A DNA stretch of 64,000 nucleotides from Acidobacteriota bacterium (GTDB taxonomy: Bacteria; Acidobacteriota; Vicinamibacteria; Vicinamibacterales; JAFNAJ01). The notes beneath the pieces are model-generated. The model did no database searches and was not told the origin of the DNA. It saw nothing but the letters and a program-made list of their open reading frames with translations. Where the stretch lies: positions 2,461 through 66,460 of the forward strand of contig JAHDVP010000020.1 in assembly GCA_023384575.1 (NCBI GenBank), given 5' to 3'. The position numbers and the translations under genes were made by a program. Below are positions 21,507-32,720 of this stretch, piece after piece (the first letter of the stretch is position 1; every line of letters begins with the position of its first letter).

Positions 21507-22896
21507 GGGCCGGCGAGGCCTCGCTCGCCTCCACCGACGCGACCCAGCGGGCGAGCGCCGAGAGCGCCCGGTCGGCCAGCGCCTGTTTCCGCAGCGCCTT
21601 CTTCCTCGGGGCGGGGTCGAGCGGCGCCATGATGCCGAAGGTGATGTTCGTGGGCTGGTAGTGCCGGGCGTCGGCGTGCGACACGTAGTGGGCGAGCGCG
21701 CCCATGGCCGTCGTGCGCGGCAGCGCCACCGGTTCGCGCCCCGCCGCCAGCCGCGCCGCGTTGATGCCCGCGAGCAGCCCCGAGGCCGCCGACTCCACGT
21801 ACCCCTCGACCCCCGACACCTGGCCCGCGAAGAACACGTCGGGCCGGGTCCGTGTCTGCCACGTCTCGAGGAGGATCGTCGGGCCGTTGACGTACGTGTT
21901 GCGATGGACCATCCCGAAGCGCACGAACTCGGCCCGCTCGAGGCCCGGAATCATCCGCAGCACGCGGGCCTGTTCGCCCCACTTGAGCTGTGTCTGGAAG
22001 CCGACGAGGCTGTAGTGATCGCCCGCGAGCGTGTCCTGCCGCAGCTGGACGACGGCGTACGGCATCGCGCCCGTGCGGGGATCGACGAGGCCGACCGGCT
22101 TCATCGGCCCGAAGCGCAGCGTGTCGGCACCGCGATGGGCCATGACTTCGATCGGCAGGCACCCCTCGAAGAACACCGCCCTGTCGAAGTCGTGCACGGT
22201 CGCCGACTCGGCGTGCACGAGCGCGTCGAGGAAGCGCTCGTACTCGTCGCGCGTGAGCGGGCAGTTCAGGTAATCGCCCTCGCCGGCGTCGACGCCGCAG
22301 GCGGCGCCCGCGACCTCCGGCGCCGGGGCGGGGCCGAGGCTGCGGCCCCACCGTGACGCGCGAAACACGCGCGTCCGGTCGATCGTCTCGGCGAGGACGA
22401 TCGGACTGATGGCATCGTAGAAGGCGAGGTGCTCGCTCCCCACGAATCGCGCGATCTCGGCCGACAGCGACTCGGACGTCAGCGGCCCGGTGGCGACGAC
22501 GATGGGCCCGGGGGCGGCGTCGGGCGAGGGCAGGTGCGTCACTTCCTCGCGGACGACCTCGATGAGCGGGTGCGACGTCACGGCCTCGGTCACCTGCTGC
22601 GCGAACCGCTCGCGGTCGACCGCGAGCGCCGCGCCCGCCGGCACGCGCGCCCGGTCGGCCGCCCGCATGACGAGCGACCCGAGCCGGCGCATCTCCTCCT
22701 TGAGCAGGCCGACGGCGTTGTCGAGGCGGTCGCCGCGGAACGAGTTGCTGCACACGAGCTCCGCGAGGCGATCGGACGTGTGGACGGCGGTGGGCCGGAC
22801 GGGCCGCATCTCGCGCAGCACGACCGGCACGCCGCGCGTGGCGATCTGCCAGGCGGCCTCGCTGCCGGCGAGCCCTCCGCCGATCACCTCGACCAT
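21496..22896 (-). CDS. trmFO: Methylenetetrahydrofolate--tRNA-(uracil54-C5)-methyltransferase TrmFO (Gid)
   Basis: Start at ATG (complement 22894-22896): MVEVIGGGLAGSEAAWQIATRGVPVVLREMRP...LAELVCSNSFRGD. 11-nt overlap with the xerC start. Confidence 0.93.
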   Translation of the reverse strand: MVEVIGGGLAGSEAAWQIATRGVPVVLREMRPVRPTAVHTSDRLAELVCSNSFRGDRLDNAVGLLKEEMRRLGSLVMRAADRARVPAGAALAVDRERFAQQVTEAVTSHPLIEVVREEVTHLPSPDAAPGPIVVATGPLTSESLSAEIARFVGSEHLAFYDAISPIVLAETIDRTRVFRASRWGRSLGPAPAPEVAGAACGVDAGEGDYLNCPLTRDEYERFLDALVHAESATVHDFDRAVFFEGCLPIEVMAHRGADTLRFGPMKPVGLVDPRTGAMPYAVVQLRQDTLAGDHYSLVGFQTQLKWGEQARVLRMIPGLERAEFVRFGMVHRNTYVNGPTILLETWQTRTRPDVFFAGQVSGVEGYVESAASGLLAGINAARLAAGREPVALPRTTAMGALAHYVSHADARHYQPTNITFGIMAPLDPAPRKKALRKQALADRALSALARWVASVEASEASPAHAP

Positions 22897-22906
22897 GCCG
22901 ACGGTC

Positions 22907-25651
22907 CTACCCTTGTTTGCGGGTTCGAGTCCGCGTCGACGCCCGCGACCGCGGCGCCGCGGCGCCGCGGCGTGTCCCGGCGGCCGCACGGCGCGCCGGC
23001 TTCTTCCGGCCCGACGCGGCGCGCTCGCGAAGCAGCGCCAGCGCCTCGTCGAGCGTCACCGCCTCGACGCTCGTGCCCTTGGGCAGCGACGCGTTCGTCG
23101 TGCCGTCGGTGACGTACGGGCCGTAGCGCCCATCGAGGATCTTCACCGCCGCCCCCGAGGCCGCCTCGGTGCCGAGCTCGCGCAGCACGGTCTTCACCGC
23201 CGCCTGACGGCGCCGCGACCGCTTGGGCTCGCGCAGGCGCGCCACGGCCTCCCCGAGCGTGATCGTGAACACCTGCTCGTCGCCATCGAGCGACCGGAAC
23301 TCACTGCCGTGGCGCACGTACGGCCCGAAGCGCCCGAAGTTCGCCGACACCTCGCCGCCATCGTCGGGGTGCGCGCCGAGCACGCGGGGCAGGGCGAGCA
23401 GGCGCAGCGCCGCGTCGAGCGTCACGTTCTCCTCGGTGAGGTCGCCGACGAGCGACGCACGGCGCGGCTTCTCGCCCCGCTTGGGATGCTCCGGCGTCTC
23501 GCCGAGCTGCACGTAGGGCCCGAACCGGCCCGACATCACGTACACGGCGAGGCCCGTCTTCGGGTCGGTGCCGACGACCCGCGGCCCGGCAGCGCGCGCG
23601 TTGAGCAGCGCGACCGCCCGGTCGACCGTGAGATCGGCGGGCGCGAGGTCGTCGGGAAGCGACGCCGTGTGGCCCTCGCCCCCCTCGCCGCGCTGCAGGA
23701 AGGGCCCGTAACGCCCGATGCGCACCCGGATGGGTACCCCGCTCTCCGGGTCGGCGCCCACGTCGATCGACGGGTACTCGATCGCATCGTCGGACGCCTT
23801 CACCTTGTTCTCGAGGCCCGGCCCTTCGTCGCCGCCCCCGTGGTAGAACTCGCGCAGGAAGTCGAGCCAGTCCTTCTTGCCGTTCGAGATGTCGTCGAGG
23901 ATCTCCTCCATCCGCGCGGTGAAGCCCGGATCGACGTAGTCGCCGAAGTGCTCGCGCAGCAGCCGGGTGACGGCAAACGCCACGAAGCTCGGGACGAGCG
24001 CCTTGCCCTGCCGGAACACGTAGCCGCGCCGCTGGATCGTCGCCATCGTCGGCGCGTACGTCGACGGCCGGCCGATGCCGTCCTCTTCGAGCCGCTTGAC
24101 GAGCGAGGCCTCCGTGTACCTGGCGGGTGGCACCGTCTCGTGCCCCTTCGCCTCGAGCCGCGAGAGCACGAGGCCATCGGGCCGGTCCGTGCGGTCGATG
24201 AGATCGCCCACCGCGCACGGGGGCAGCAGCATCTCCTGATCGCTCAGCTCGGCGGCCGGGTCGTCGCTCCCCTCGACGTAGGCCCGCAGGAACCCCGGGA
24301 ACGCGATCGTCTTGCCCGACGCGGTGAAGATGCCCTCGGCGCCTCCGGGGGCACGCGCCGCGAGCTCGATGGTCGTGCGGAGCAGGCGGGCCTCCGCCAT
24401 CTGCGACGCGATGGTCCGTTTCCAGACGAGCTCGTACAGCCGCAGTTCGTCGCGGTCGAGCACGTCGGCGAGCTGCTGCGGCGCCAGGCGGAAATCGGTC
24501 GGTCGAATGGCTTCGTGCGCCTCCTGCGCGTTGCGGACCCTCGTCTGGTACTGCCGCGGCCCGGTGTGGTACTCGGCCCCGAACATCTCGCGGATGACGC
24601 GCGCCGACTCGCGCAGCGCCTTGTCGCTGAGCGTCGTCGAGTCGGTGCGGTGGTAGCTGATGAGCCCCTCCATCATCCCGCCGCCGATCTCGACCCCCTG
24701 GAACAGCCGCTGCGCGATCTGCATCGTCCGCTCGGACGAGAACCCGAGCTTGCGGTTGGCCTCCTGCTGCAGCGTCGAGGTGGTGAAAGGGGGCGCCGGC
24801 CGCTGCGTGACGGGCTTCTCGTCGACTGCGGCCACGCGCCACGGCAGGCCGGCCTCGAACCCGTCGACGAGCGCCCGCGCGCCGGTCTCGTCGAGCAGCC
24901 GCACGCCCGTCGACTGCAGCACGCCCGTCGAGGCGTCGAAGTCCTTCCCCGTCGCGAGGCGGGCCCCGTCGACGCGCACCAGCGTCGCGGTGAAGGCCCG
25001 GTCGCCTCGGGCGAGACGCGCCTCGAGGTCCCAGTACCGGCTCGAACGGAAGCGGAGGCGCTCCTCCTCGCGCTCGACCACGAGCCTGACCGCGACGCTC
25101 TGGACGCGCCCGGCCGACAGGCCCGTCTGCACCTTCTTCCACAGGACCGGCGACACCGTGTAGCCGAACAGGCGATCGAGGATCCGCCGGCTCTCCTGCG
25201 CCCGCACGAGGTTCTCGTCGACGTCGTGCGACGGCGCGTTCAACGCCTCCTGCACCGCCTCCTCGGTGATCTCGTGGAAGACGATGCGGCGGACGGGCAG
25301 GCCCTTGCGCGGCTTGAGGACTTCACGCAGGTGCCAGCTGATCGACTCGCCCTCGCGGTCGGGGTCGGTGGCGAGCACCAGCTCCGAGGCGTCCTTCATG
25401 GCCGCGCGCAGCTTCGCGATCTGCCGGCGCTTGTCGGCCGGCACCACGTAGTACGCCTTGAAGTCGCGTTCGACGTCGACACCGAGACGACCCCACGGTT
25501 CCTTCTTGATCTCGTCGGGTACCTCGTCGGCCGATTCCGGGAGGTCGCGGACATGTCCGACGCTCGCCAGGACCTCGAAGCGGTCGCCCAGGAAACGGCG
25601 CAGGGTGGTCGCCTTGGCCGGCGATTCGACGATGACGAGCGGTTTCGGCAT
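22907..25651 (-). CDS. topA: DNA topoisomerase I (Cys-less C-terminal GRxGPY repeats and basic tail)
   Basis: Toprim domain MPKPLVIVESPAKATTL. Active-site region LISYHRTDST. Four C-terminal GR(Y/F)GP(F/Y) repeats and an RKKPARR...TRTRTRKQG tail. Confidence 0.97.
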   Translation of the reverse strand: MPKPLVIVESPAKATTLRRFLGDRFEVLASVGHVRDLPESADEVPDEIKKEPWGRLGVDVERDFKAYYVVPADKRRQIAKLRAAMKDASELVLATDPDREGESISWHLREVLKPRKGLPVRRIVFHEITEEAVQEALNAPSHDVDENLVRAQESRRILDRLFGYTVSPVLWKKVQTGLSAGRVQSVAVRLVVEREEERLRFRSSRYWDLEARLARGDRAFTATLVRVDGARLATGKDFDASTGVLQSTGVRLLDETGARALVDGFEAGLPWRVAAVDEKPVTQRPAPPFTTSTLQQEANRKLGFSSERTMQIAQRLFQGVEIGGGMMEGLISYHRTDSTTLSDKALRESARVIREMFGAEYHTGPRQYQTRVRNAQEAHEAIRPTDFRLAPQQLADVLDRDELRLYELVWKRTIASQMAEARLLRTTIELAARAPGGAEGIFTASGKTIAFPGFLRAYVEGSDDPAAELSDQEMLLPPCAVGDLIDRTDRPDGLVLSRLEAKGHETVPPARYTEASLVKRLEEDGIGRPSTYAPTMATIQRRGYVFRQGKALVPSFVAFAVTRLLREHFGDYVDPGFTARMEEILDDISNGKKDWLDFLREFYHGGGDEGPGLENKVKASDDAIEYPSIDVGADPESGVPIRVRIGRYGPFLQRGEGGEGHTASLPDDLAPADLTVDRAVALLNARAAGPRVVGTDPKTGLAVYVMSGRFGPYVQLGETPEHPKRGEKPRRASLVGDLTEENVTLDAALRLLALPRVLGAHPDDGGEVSANFGRFGPYVRHGSEFRSLDGDEQVFTITLGEAVARLREPKRSRRRQAAVKTVLRELGTEAASGAAVKILDGRYGPYVTDGTTNASLPKGTSVEAVTLDEALALLRERAASGRKKPARRAAAGTRRGAAAPRSRASTRTRTRKQG

Positions 25652-25660
25652 GACAGGGCC

Positions 25661-26737
25661 CTACGTTACCACTTTCCCTTCGACGGGCAAGAACCGGCCC
25701 CCGGGGGCCCGAACGACCGCCCCGGCGAGCTCGAGCACGAGCAGCCGCTGCAGCACGAGAGGCGCGGGCTGCCCCGTGGCGGCCATGAGCGTCTCGAGAT
25801 CGGCAGGCTCGCCCGCCGTGAGTGCGGCGAGGAGGGGATCGGCCGAAACGCCCGGGATCGGCCCGGCGGGGGCAGCCCCTGGCCGGGCGAACCCCAGCGC
25901 CTCGACGACGTCGGCCGCGTCCTCGACGAGCGCGGCGCCGTCGCGCAGCAACGCGTGGCCGCCGCGATTCCTCCCGGCAGCCACGCTCCCCGGCACCGCC
26001 ATCACCTCGCGGCCCTGGTCGAGCGCGAGCCGGGCGGTGATGAGCGACCCGCTCTCCGCGGACGCCTCGACGACGACCACGCCCCGCGCGAGGCCGCTGA
26101 TGATCCGGTTGCGGAGGGGGAAGTGGTGCGGCCGCGGCGCCGTGCCGGGCGGAAACTCGCTCACGATGGCACCGCCCGCGGCCACGATCCGCGCCGCGAG
26201 CGCATCGTGCTCGGCGGGATAGACGCGGTCGGCCCCGCATCCGAGGACCGCGATCGTCGTGCCCGTCTCGGTTGCGCCGAGGTGCGCCTCGGCATCGACG
26301 CCTCTCGCGAGTCCACTCACGACCGCCAGCCCGGCGGCGGCGAGGTCGTGCCCGAGGCGGCGGGCGACGTCCCGGGCAGCCGGCGAGGCGGCTCGGGCGC
26401 CGACGACCGCGATGCCCGGCCACGCCAGGGCCTCCGGCCGGCCTCGCACCCAGAGAACCGCCGGCGCGTCGACCACCGGCTGAAGCGCGGCGGGATAGCG
26501 CGGGTCGCCCCACGCGAAGGCGTCGAGGCCCGCGGCGCGCCCCCTGGCGAGCGTGCGTGCGGCTTCCCCGAGCAGAGTCGGCACCAACGGGCGAAACGAG
26601 GCGTCGGGAACGAGCGTCTCAACGAGGAGTTCGAGTGGAAGCGACTCGGCCGGAGCGAGCCGGCGAATCAGATCGACCGCCGCGAACCGGGCGGCTCCCG
26701 GAAGTAACGACAACGCGACGGCCGATGGCAGGTCCAT
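25661..26737 (-). CDS. dprA: DNA processing protein DprA (Smf)
   Basis: IAVVGARAASPAARDVARRLGHDLAAAGLAVVSGLARGVDAEAH...FPLRNRIISGLARGVVVVEA. Start chosen at ATG (complement 26735-26737). Lies 9 nt upstream of topA. Confidence 0.9.
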   Translation of the reverse strand: MDLPSAVALSLLPGAARFAAVDLIRRLAPAESLPLELLVETLVPDASFRPLVPTLLGEAARTLARGRAAGLDAFAWGDPRYPAALQPVVDAPAVLWVRGRPEALAWPGIAVVGARAASPAARDVARRLGHDLAAAGLAVVSGLARGVDAEAHLGATETGTTIAVLGCGADRVYPAEHDALAARIVAAGGAIVSEFPPGTAPRPHHFPLRNRIISGLARGVVVVEASAESGSLITARLALDQGREVMAVPGSVAAGRNRGGHALLRDGAALVEDAADVVEALGFARPGAAPAGPIPGVSADPLLAALTAGEPADLETLMAATGQPAPLVLQRLLVLELAGAVVRAPGGRFLPVEGKVVT

Positions 26738-26912
26738 GCCTTCGACTCCGCGCGCAGCCGGTCGGTTCGTGTCAAGACACGACGAGGCCGGCCGCCAGCT
26801 GCGCAAGTGCCGCGCCGGCGCCCGACCTCGCCCTCCAGTCTAGGCCGGGCCCGGCACGGATGCAAGGTCGGGAATACGCCGGGAATGCTGTCGTGGCGAA
26901 CGGGGATTTGTA

Positions 26913-26941
26913 TTGCGCGGGTCGGGCCGAGTAGCTATAGT
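26913..26941 (+). promoter_or_regulatory. Candidate sigma70 promoter TTGCGC-N17-TATAGT for the TPR/lipoprotein pair
   Basis: Sequence match only. It lies 25 nt upstream of ATG 26967. Confidence 0.35.
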
Positions 26942-26966
26942 CGAAGGTGACACTGCCACAAGAATC

Positions 26967-27320
26967 ATGTTCCGCTTCTGCCTTCTCGCTGCCCTGTTGT
27001 TCGTGGCTGCCCCGACGTCAGTCCAGGCCGATGCGCGGAAAGACGCGCGCTCGCAGGTCGAGTTCGGCATCCAGGTGGCCCAGCGAGGCCTCTGGAAAGA
27101 GGCGATCTATCGGTGGGAACGGGCGACGCAGATCGACCCGACCTACGCGGCCGCGTTCAACAACCTCGCCATCGGCTTCGAGCAGTCGGGCGAGTTCGAC
27201 AGGGCGCGCGAGGCGTACGAGCGGGCCGTGGAACTCGAGCCGAACAACCTCCTGATCCGGCAGAATTTCGACCTGTTCAAGGAAATCAATGACCGCGCGA
27301 CTCGCCGCACCGATCGTTAG
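26967..27320 (+). CDS. Small exported TPR-repeat protein
   Basis: MFRFCLLAALLFVAAPTSVQA signal peptide. TPR-like AIYRWERATQIDPTYAAAFNNLAIGFEQSGEFDRAREAYERAVELEPNN. Confidence 0.7.
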   Translation: MFRFCLLAALLFVAAPTSVQADARKDARSQVEFGIQVAQRGLWKEAIYRWERATQIDPTYAAAFNNLAIGFEQSGEFDRAREAYERAVELEPNNLLIRQNFDLFKEINDRATRRTDR

Positions 27321-28053
27321 CCTGGGCGCCGCGCTCTTCGTCGCCGGTTGCACGACGTTCTACGAGATTCCCATCGAGACGCCGATTCAGCCCAAGCTCG
27401 ACGTGTCCGCCTTCCAGCGCGTGCTCGTGGCGGGGTTCATCGCCGGCGGCACCGACGATGTCGACGCGAACCTCGAGACCGTGCGGCTGCTGCGCAGCCA
27501 GTTGCGCACGAAGTCGAGCCTGCGGGTGATCGAGGCCGACCTGCTGCCCTTGCAGGAGCTCGTGTACGACGCCGCCGGTGGGAGCAACGGCGACGACGAC
27601 CGCCAGTCGCTGCCCGAACGCATCCGCGACGAGAAAGACCTCGCCAGCTTCGAGCAGGTGTTCGCCAACGTCGACTACTGGCGGCGCATCGGCGAGGAGT
27701 TCCAGAACCCGCTGATCGTCACGGGGACGGTGCTCTTCACGCCGCACCAGCGCTCGGGGTTCGTCACGCGCGAGCAGGAGGTCTACGACCAGTTCGGCCG
27801 CCGGCGCGTCCAGCCGGTCCGGACGTACATGGAGCGCAAGGGCTTCATCCTCCGGCCGAAGTTCGTCTTCATCGACGGCCGCACCGGCGCCACCCTCTAC
27901 ACGGAGTCGTTCCGCGAGGAAGTCCTGTACGGCGCCCAGCAGAACACGCCGGCGCTCTCGTCGTACTTCGAGCTGATGGACCGGCTGGTGCCGACCTTCC
28001 TCAACACCCTGAGCACGCAGCGAGTGCGCGGCTCCCGGATCCTGCTGAAGTAG
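27289..28053 (+). CDS. Hypothetical lipoprotein
   Basis: MTARLAAPIVSLGAALFVAGC (lipobox FVAGC). High GC3. 32-nt overlap with the TPR gene. Confidence 0.68.
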   Translation: MTARLAAPIVSLGAALFVAGCTTFYEIPIETPIQPKLDVSAFQRVLVAGFIAGGTDDVDANLETVRLLRSQLRTKSSLRVIEADLLPLQELVYDAAGGSNGDDDRQSLPERIRDEKDLASFEQVFANVDYWRRIGEEFQNPLIVTGTVLFTPHQRSGFVTREQEVYDQFGRRRVQPVRTYMERKGFILRPKFVFIDGRTGATLYTESFREEVLYGAQQNTPALSSYFELMDRLVPTFLNTLSTQRVRGSRILLK

Positions 28054-28168
28054 TGCCCGGCGCCCTGTGTGGCGGCGCTGCTGGTCGCGCCCGTGCTCCT
28101 GTGATAGACTTTCCGTTTTGCGGTGACGCCTGACGGCGGCCCGTGCGGTCTCCGTAGGAGGAACGAAC

Positions 28169-28483
28169 GTGTTTGCGATCATTCAGAGCGGCGGGCACCA
28201 GGTGAAGGTGCAGCCCGGTCGGATCGTGGCGGTCGACCGAATCGACGTCCCGGCGGGCGAACAGGTGACCCTCGACCAGGTGCTCCTCGTGGCCCGGGAA
28301 GGCGGCGAAGTCGTGGCCGGCGCGCCCTTCGTGGCCGGCGCGAAGGTGGTCGGCGAGGTGCTCGGCGAGGCGCGCGGACCGAAGCTCCGGGTCTTCAAGA
28401 AGAAGCGCCGCAAGGGCTCCCGCAAGACGCGCGGGCACCGGAGCACGTTCACCCAGATCAAGGTCAGCGACATCGTCGTCTGA
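28169..28483 (+). CDS. rplU: 50S ribosomal protein L21
   Basis: GTG start after AGGAGG (28156-28161). [17 protein letters not shown]...[15 protein letters not shown]. Confidence 0.97.
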   Translation: MFAIIQSGGHQVKVQPGRIVAVDRIDVPAGEQVTLDQVLLVAREGGEVVAGAPFVAGAKVVGEVLGEARGPKLRVFKKKRRKGSRKTRGHRSTFTQIKVSDIVV

Positions 28484-28535
28484 CGGGACGCGCCGGCCAG
28501 GGCGGCCGGCCCCGGCAGGCGCAGGCAGGTCAGTC

Positions 28536-29928
<1,393 letters not shown>

Positions 29929-29930
29929 CC

Positions 29931-30614
29931 ATGCGTCTCGGGCTGCTCGGCGGCACGTTCGACCCGATCCACCGGGGCCACCTCGATGCGGGCCGCGTGG
30001 CCCGTCGCGCGCTGGGCCTCGACCGGGTGCTGCTCGTGCCGGCCCGCGTGCCGCCTCATCGGGCCGCCGAACCGCACGCCTCGGGCTACCACCGCTTCGC
30101 CATGGCAGTGCTCGCGGCGCAGGACGCCGAGGGGTTCGAGGTCTCGGACATCGAACTGGCCAGCCCCGGGCCGTCGTACACGGCGCGGACGCTGCGCGAG
30201 TTCCAGCGGTTCGGTCTCGCCGCGTCGCAGATGTTCTTCATCTCGGGCGTCGATGCGTTCGCAGATATTGCCACCTGGCACGACTACCCGGAGCTGCTCG
30301 ACCTCGCCCACTGGGTGGTCGTCGCAAGGCCGGGGTACGCCATCGTCGATCTCGCGGCGCGGCTGCCCGAGGTCGTCGGGCGCTTCGAACGCCGCGAGGC
30401 CGACGCCGTCCCGCCGGCCTCGACAGCCGATCGGACGAGCGTCTGGCTGGTCGAAGCGACGACAACCGACGTGTCGTCGACCGAGCTTCGGCGGCGGATC
30501 CGCGCCAACGAGCCGTTCGACGACCTCGCGCCGCTGGCCGTGACCCGCCACATCCGCCACCACGGCCTCTACCAGGCCCCGTCTCCGGCAGGCAGGTTGC
30601 ATGACCAGGAGTGA
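29931..30614 (+). CDS. nadD: Nicotinate-nucleotide adenylyltransferase
   Basis: Trimmed from track ORF 29772(+) to ATG 29931, 2 nt after the obg stop. MRLGLLGGTFDPIHRGHL...SSTELRRRI. Confidence 0.93.
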   Translation: MRLGLLGGTFDPIHRGHLDAGRVARRALGLDRVLLVPARVPPHRAAEPHASGYHRFAMAVLAAQDAEGFEVSDIELASPGPSYTARTLREFQRFGLAASQMFFISGVDAFADIATWHDYPELLDLAHWVVVARPGYAIVDLAARLPEVVGRFERREADAVPPASTADRTSVWLVEATTTDVSSTELRRRIRANEPFDDLAPLAVTRHIRHHGLYQAPSPAGRLHDQE

Positions 30615-31020
30615 GCGTGACCCCTTGGCGGCGCCGGTCGTGACGTTCGGGGATCTGCCCGACGCGGTGCGGCTGGCCGCGCGTGCCGCCGCGTCGAAGA
30701 AGGCCGGCGACCTCGTCGCCCTCGACCTGCGCCACGGCGACGCGTTCACGGACGTGTTCCTGATCTGCACGGCACAGAACGTGCGGCAGGCGCGCGCGGT
30801 GGCCGACGCCGTCGAGCAGCGGCTCCGCGCCGACCTCGGCGTGCGCCCGTCCCACGTCGAGGGCCACGACCGGGGAGACTGGGTGCTGCTCGACTACTTC
30901 GATCTGGTCGTGCATGTCTTCACGCCCGAGACCCGCGCCTTCTACGGACTCGAACGTCTGTGGGGCCGTGCCGCCCGCGTCGAGATCGTGGCGACCGACC
31001 TGGCTGACGACCGCGGCTGA
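30601..31020 (+). CDS. rsfS: Ribosomal silencing factor RsfS (iojap family)
   Basis: KKAGDLVALDLRHGDAFTDVFLICTAQNVRQARAVADAV...DWVLLDYFDLVVHVFTPE. 14-nt overlap with nadD. Confidence 0.9.
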   Translation: MTRSERDPLAAPVVTFGDLPDAVRLAARAAASKKAGDLVALDLRHGDAFTDVFLICTAQNVRQARAVADAVEQRLRADLGVRPSHVEGHDRGDWVLLDYFDLVVHVFTPETRAFYGLERLWGRAARVEIVATDLADDRG

Positions 31021-31768
31021 CGCCCTCGTCGCCGCCCTGCTCGCCCCTCGCTGCGCGGCGTGCGACGCGCCGCTCGACACCCCCACGCGGAGCCCGGTCT
31101 GCGCGCCGTGCTGGCAGGCGGTCCGACCCGTGCCCCCGCCCCTCTGTGACACCTGCGGCGTGCCGCTGCCCTCGTGGCGCCGTCACGCCGTGGACGAGGC
31201 GCGGTGCCCCCGGTGCCGGAGATCCGCCCCACCCGTGACGCGCGCCGGGGCGGCGGGGTTGTACGAAGGACGCCTGCGCGACCTGGTCCACGCGCTGAAG
31301 TACGGGCGGCGCGTCTCGCTGGCCAGGCCGCTGGCGAGGCTGATGCGGGAACGGGGGGCGTCCGTGCTCGAGGGCGCGGACCTGGTCGTGCCGGTGCCGC
31401 TGCACTGGCAACGGCGGCGCGAGCGGGGGTTCAACCAGGCCGTGCTGCTTGCGCGGCACCTCGGCTGCCCGCTGGTCGAGGCGCTCGCGCGCGCGCGGCC
31501 GACGCCGCCGCAGGCCTCGCTGCGACTGGCGAAGCGTCATGCCAACGTGCGCGACGCCTTCGTGCCCGCTCGGCCCCTCTGGCGCGGCCGCGACTGGGCC
31601 CGCCACGCGGTGGCCGGGCGGGTCGTCGTGATCGTGGACGACGTGTGCACGACCGGCGCCACGCTCGACGCGTGCGCCCGTGTCCTCGTCCGGCTGGGCG
31701 CGGCTGACGTTCGCGCGCTCACGGCAGCCCGAGTCGCCCTTGGACCGCCTCCGCCACCGCCAGGGTGA
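30968..31768 (+). CDS. comF: ComF-family phosphoribosyltransferase-like protein (start uncertain: GTG 30968, CTG 31004 or ATG 30914)
   Basis: N-terminal double CxxC LLAPRCAACDAPL...PVCAPCW...LCDTCG...RCPRC. PRTase loop VVVIVDDVCTTGATL. The 3' end overlaps the tmk 3' end by 50 nt. Confidence 0.75.
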   Translation: MPPASRSWRPTWLTTAADALVAALLAPRCAACDAPLDTPTRSPVCAPCWQAVRPVPPPLCDTCGVPLPSWRRHAVDEARCPRCRRSAPPVTRAGAAGLYEGRLRDLVHALKYGRRVSLARPLARLMRERGASVLEGADLVVPVPLHWQRRRERGFNQAVLLARHLGCPLVEALARARPTPPQASLRLAKRHANVRDAFVPARPLWRGRDWARHAVAGRVVVIVDDVCTTGATLDACARVLVRLGAADVRALTAARVALGPPPPPPG

Positions 31769-32321
31769 CCTCGTCCACGGGACGGTCACCGGCGATGACC
31801 ACCCAGGAGTCGTCTCGCGCCGCGAGGTCGAGGTAGACCGACCGCACGCGCGACAGCAGCGGCAGGTCGCGTTCGAAGCGATCGCGCGCTACCGCCTTGC
31901 GCGACAGGGCGATCTCGGGGCCGATGTCGAGCAGCAGCGTCAGCGCCGGCCTGGGCAGGAACCGCTGGACGTCGTCGAGCCAGTCGCGCTCGAGCCCCTG
32001 CGCGGCGCCGTAAGCCAGGCTCGACGCGGCGTACCGGTCGCACAGCACGACGACGCCCGTGCGCAGCCAGGCCTCGAGGCGCGGCCGGAACTCGTAGCGA
32101 TTGGCGACGTAGAGCAGCTGCAGCACGTCGGCGGGGTAGTCGTACTCGCCGCGGAGCGCCCGCTCGATCTCGAGGGAGATCGGCGTGGCGTAGTCGGGGA
32201 ACTCCACGATCTCCACGCGCCGGCCGGCGGCCTCGAGGCGCGCCCGGAGGCGCTCGCACTGCGTCTGTTTGCCGCTCTGGTCGAGCCCCTCGAACGCGAT
32301 CAGTCGCCCCTCGTCGTGCAT
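31719..32321 (-). CDS. tmk: Thymidylate kinase
   Basis: MHDEGRLIAFEGLDQSGKQTQ (P-loop), DRY motif LCDRYAASSLAYG. Confidence 0.9.
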   Translation of the reverse strand: MHDEGRLIAFEGLDQSGKQTQCERLRARLEAAGRRVEIVEFPDYATPISLEIERALRGEYDYPADVLQLLYVANRYEFRPRLEAWLRTGVVVLCDRYAASSLAYGAAQGLERDWLDDVQRFLPRPALTLLLDIGPEIALSRKAVARDRFERDLPLLSRVRSVYLDLAARDDSWVVIAGDRPVDEVTLAVAEAVQGRLGLP

Positions 32322-32720
32322 CGGTTGCTCACCTCGCGCGCCGGGCCCGACGCCGGGCCGTCACGGCCTCCACGCCGGCCCCAGAGCCCACGTTGTCTGC
32401 CCTGCCCCCGGCTCCGCGGGGGCGGGCGCCGTGCCGGGCGGGCAACCGTGACTCAGTCGCATCGAATCTCGGCCGTCAAGACGTCCAGGCTGGTTCTCAA
32501 CTGCGTTGAGGATGCCGGGCCCTGTGGAGACGACCGACAAGACACGCCTGACCGCCCGAGAAGGCCCGGGGGGCCAGCACGGTTGAGCGCTGAGGACAGG
32601 GCCCCGGCGCGACCCGCGCGGCCAGCGGTCCGCAGCGCCCTCGCAGAGCGGTCCGCTCGTCGGAACCGGGACGGGCAGCATCAACACGAGTGAGATCCGC
32701 TCCAGGCCGTGACCGGGGCG

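Noticed and set aside
22919-22935. tRNA T-arm-like GCGGGTTCGAGTCCGCG
   Set aside because: The stem halves are not properly complementary for a 5-bp T-stem with a 7-nt loop. No acceptor or anticodon arms flank it, and it lies inside the topA coding region.
22490-26707. 1405-aa + strand ORF, the longest in the track
   Set aside because: It is antisense to topA and dprA, both of which carry clear family motifs. The translation is low-complexity (R/A/G/P/E). The same reasoning rejects 6694..8817(-), 13822..16590(+), 15401..17854(-), 54530..56899(-), 38257..39918(+), 8898..10463(-) and similar track ORFs.
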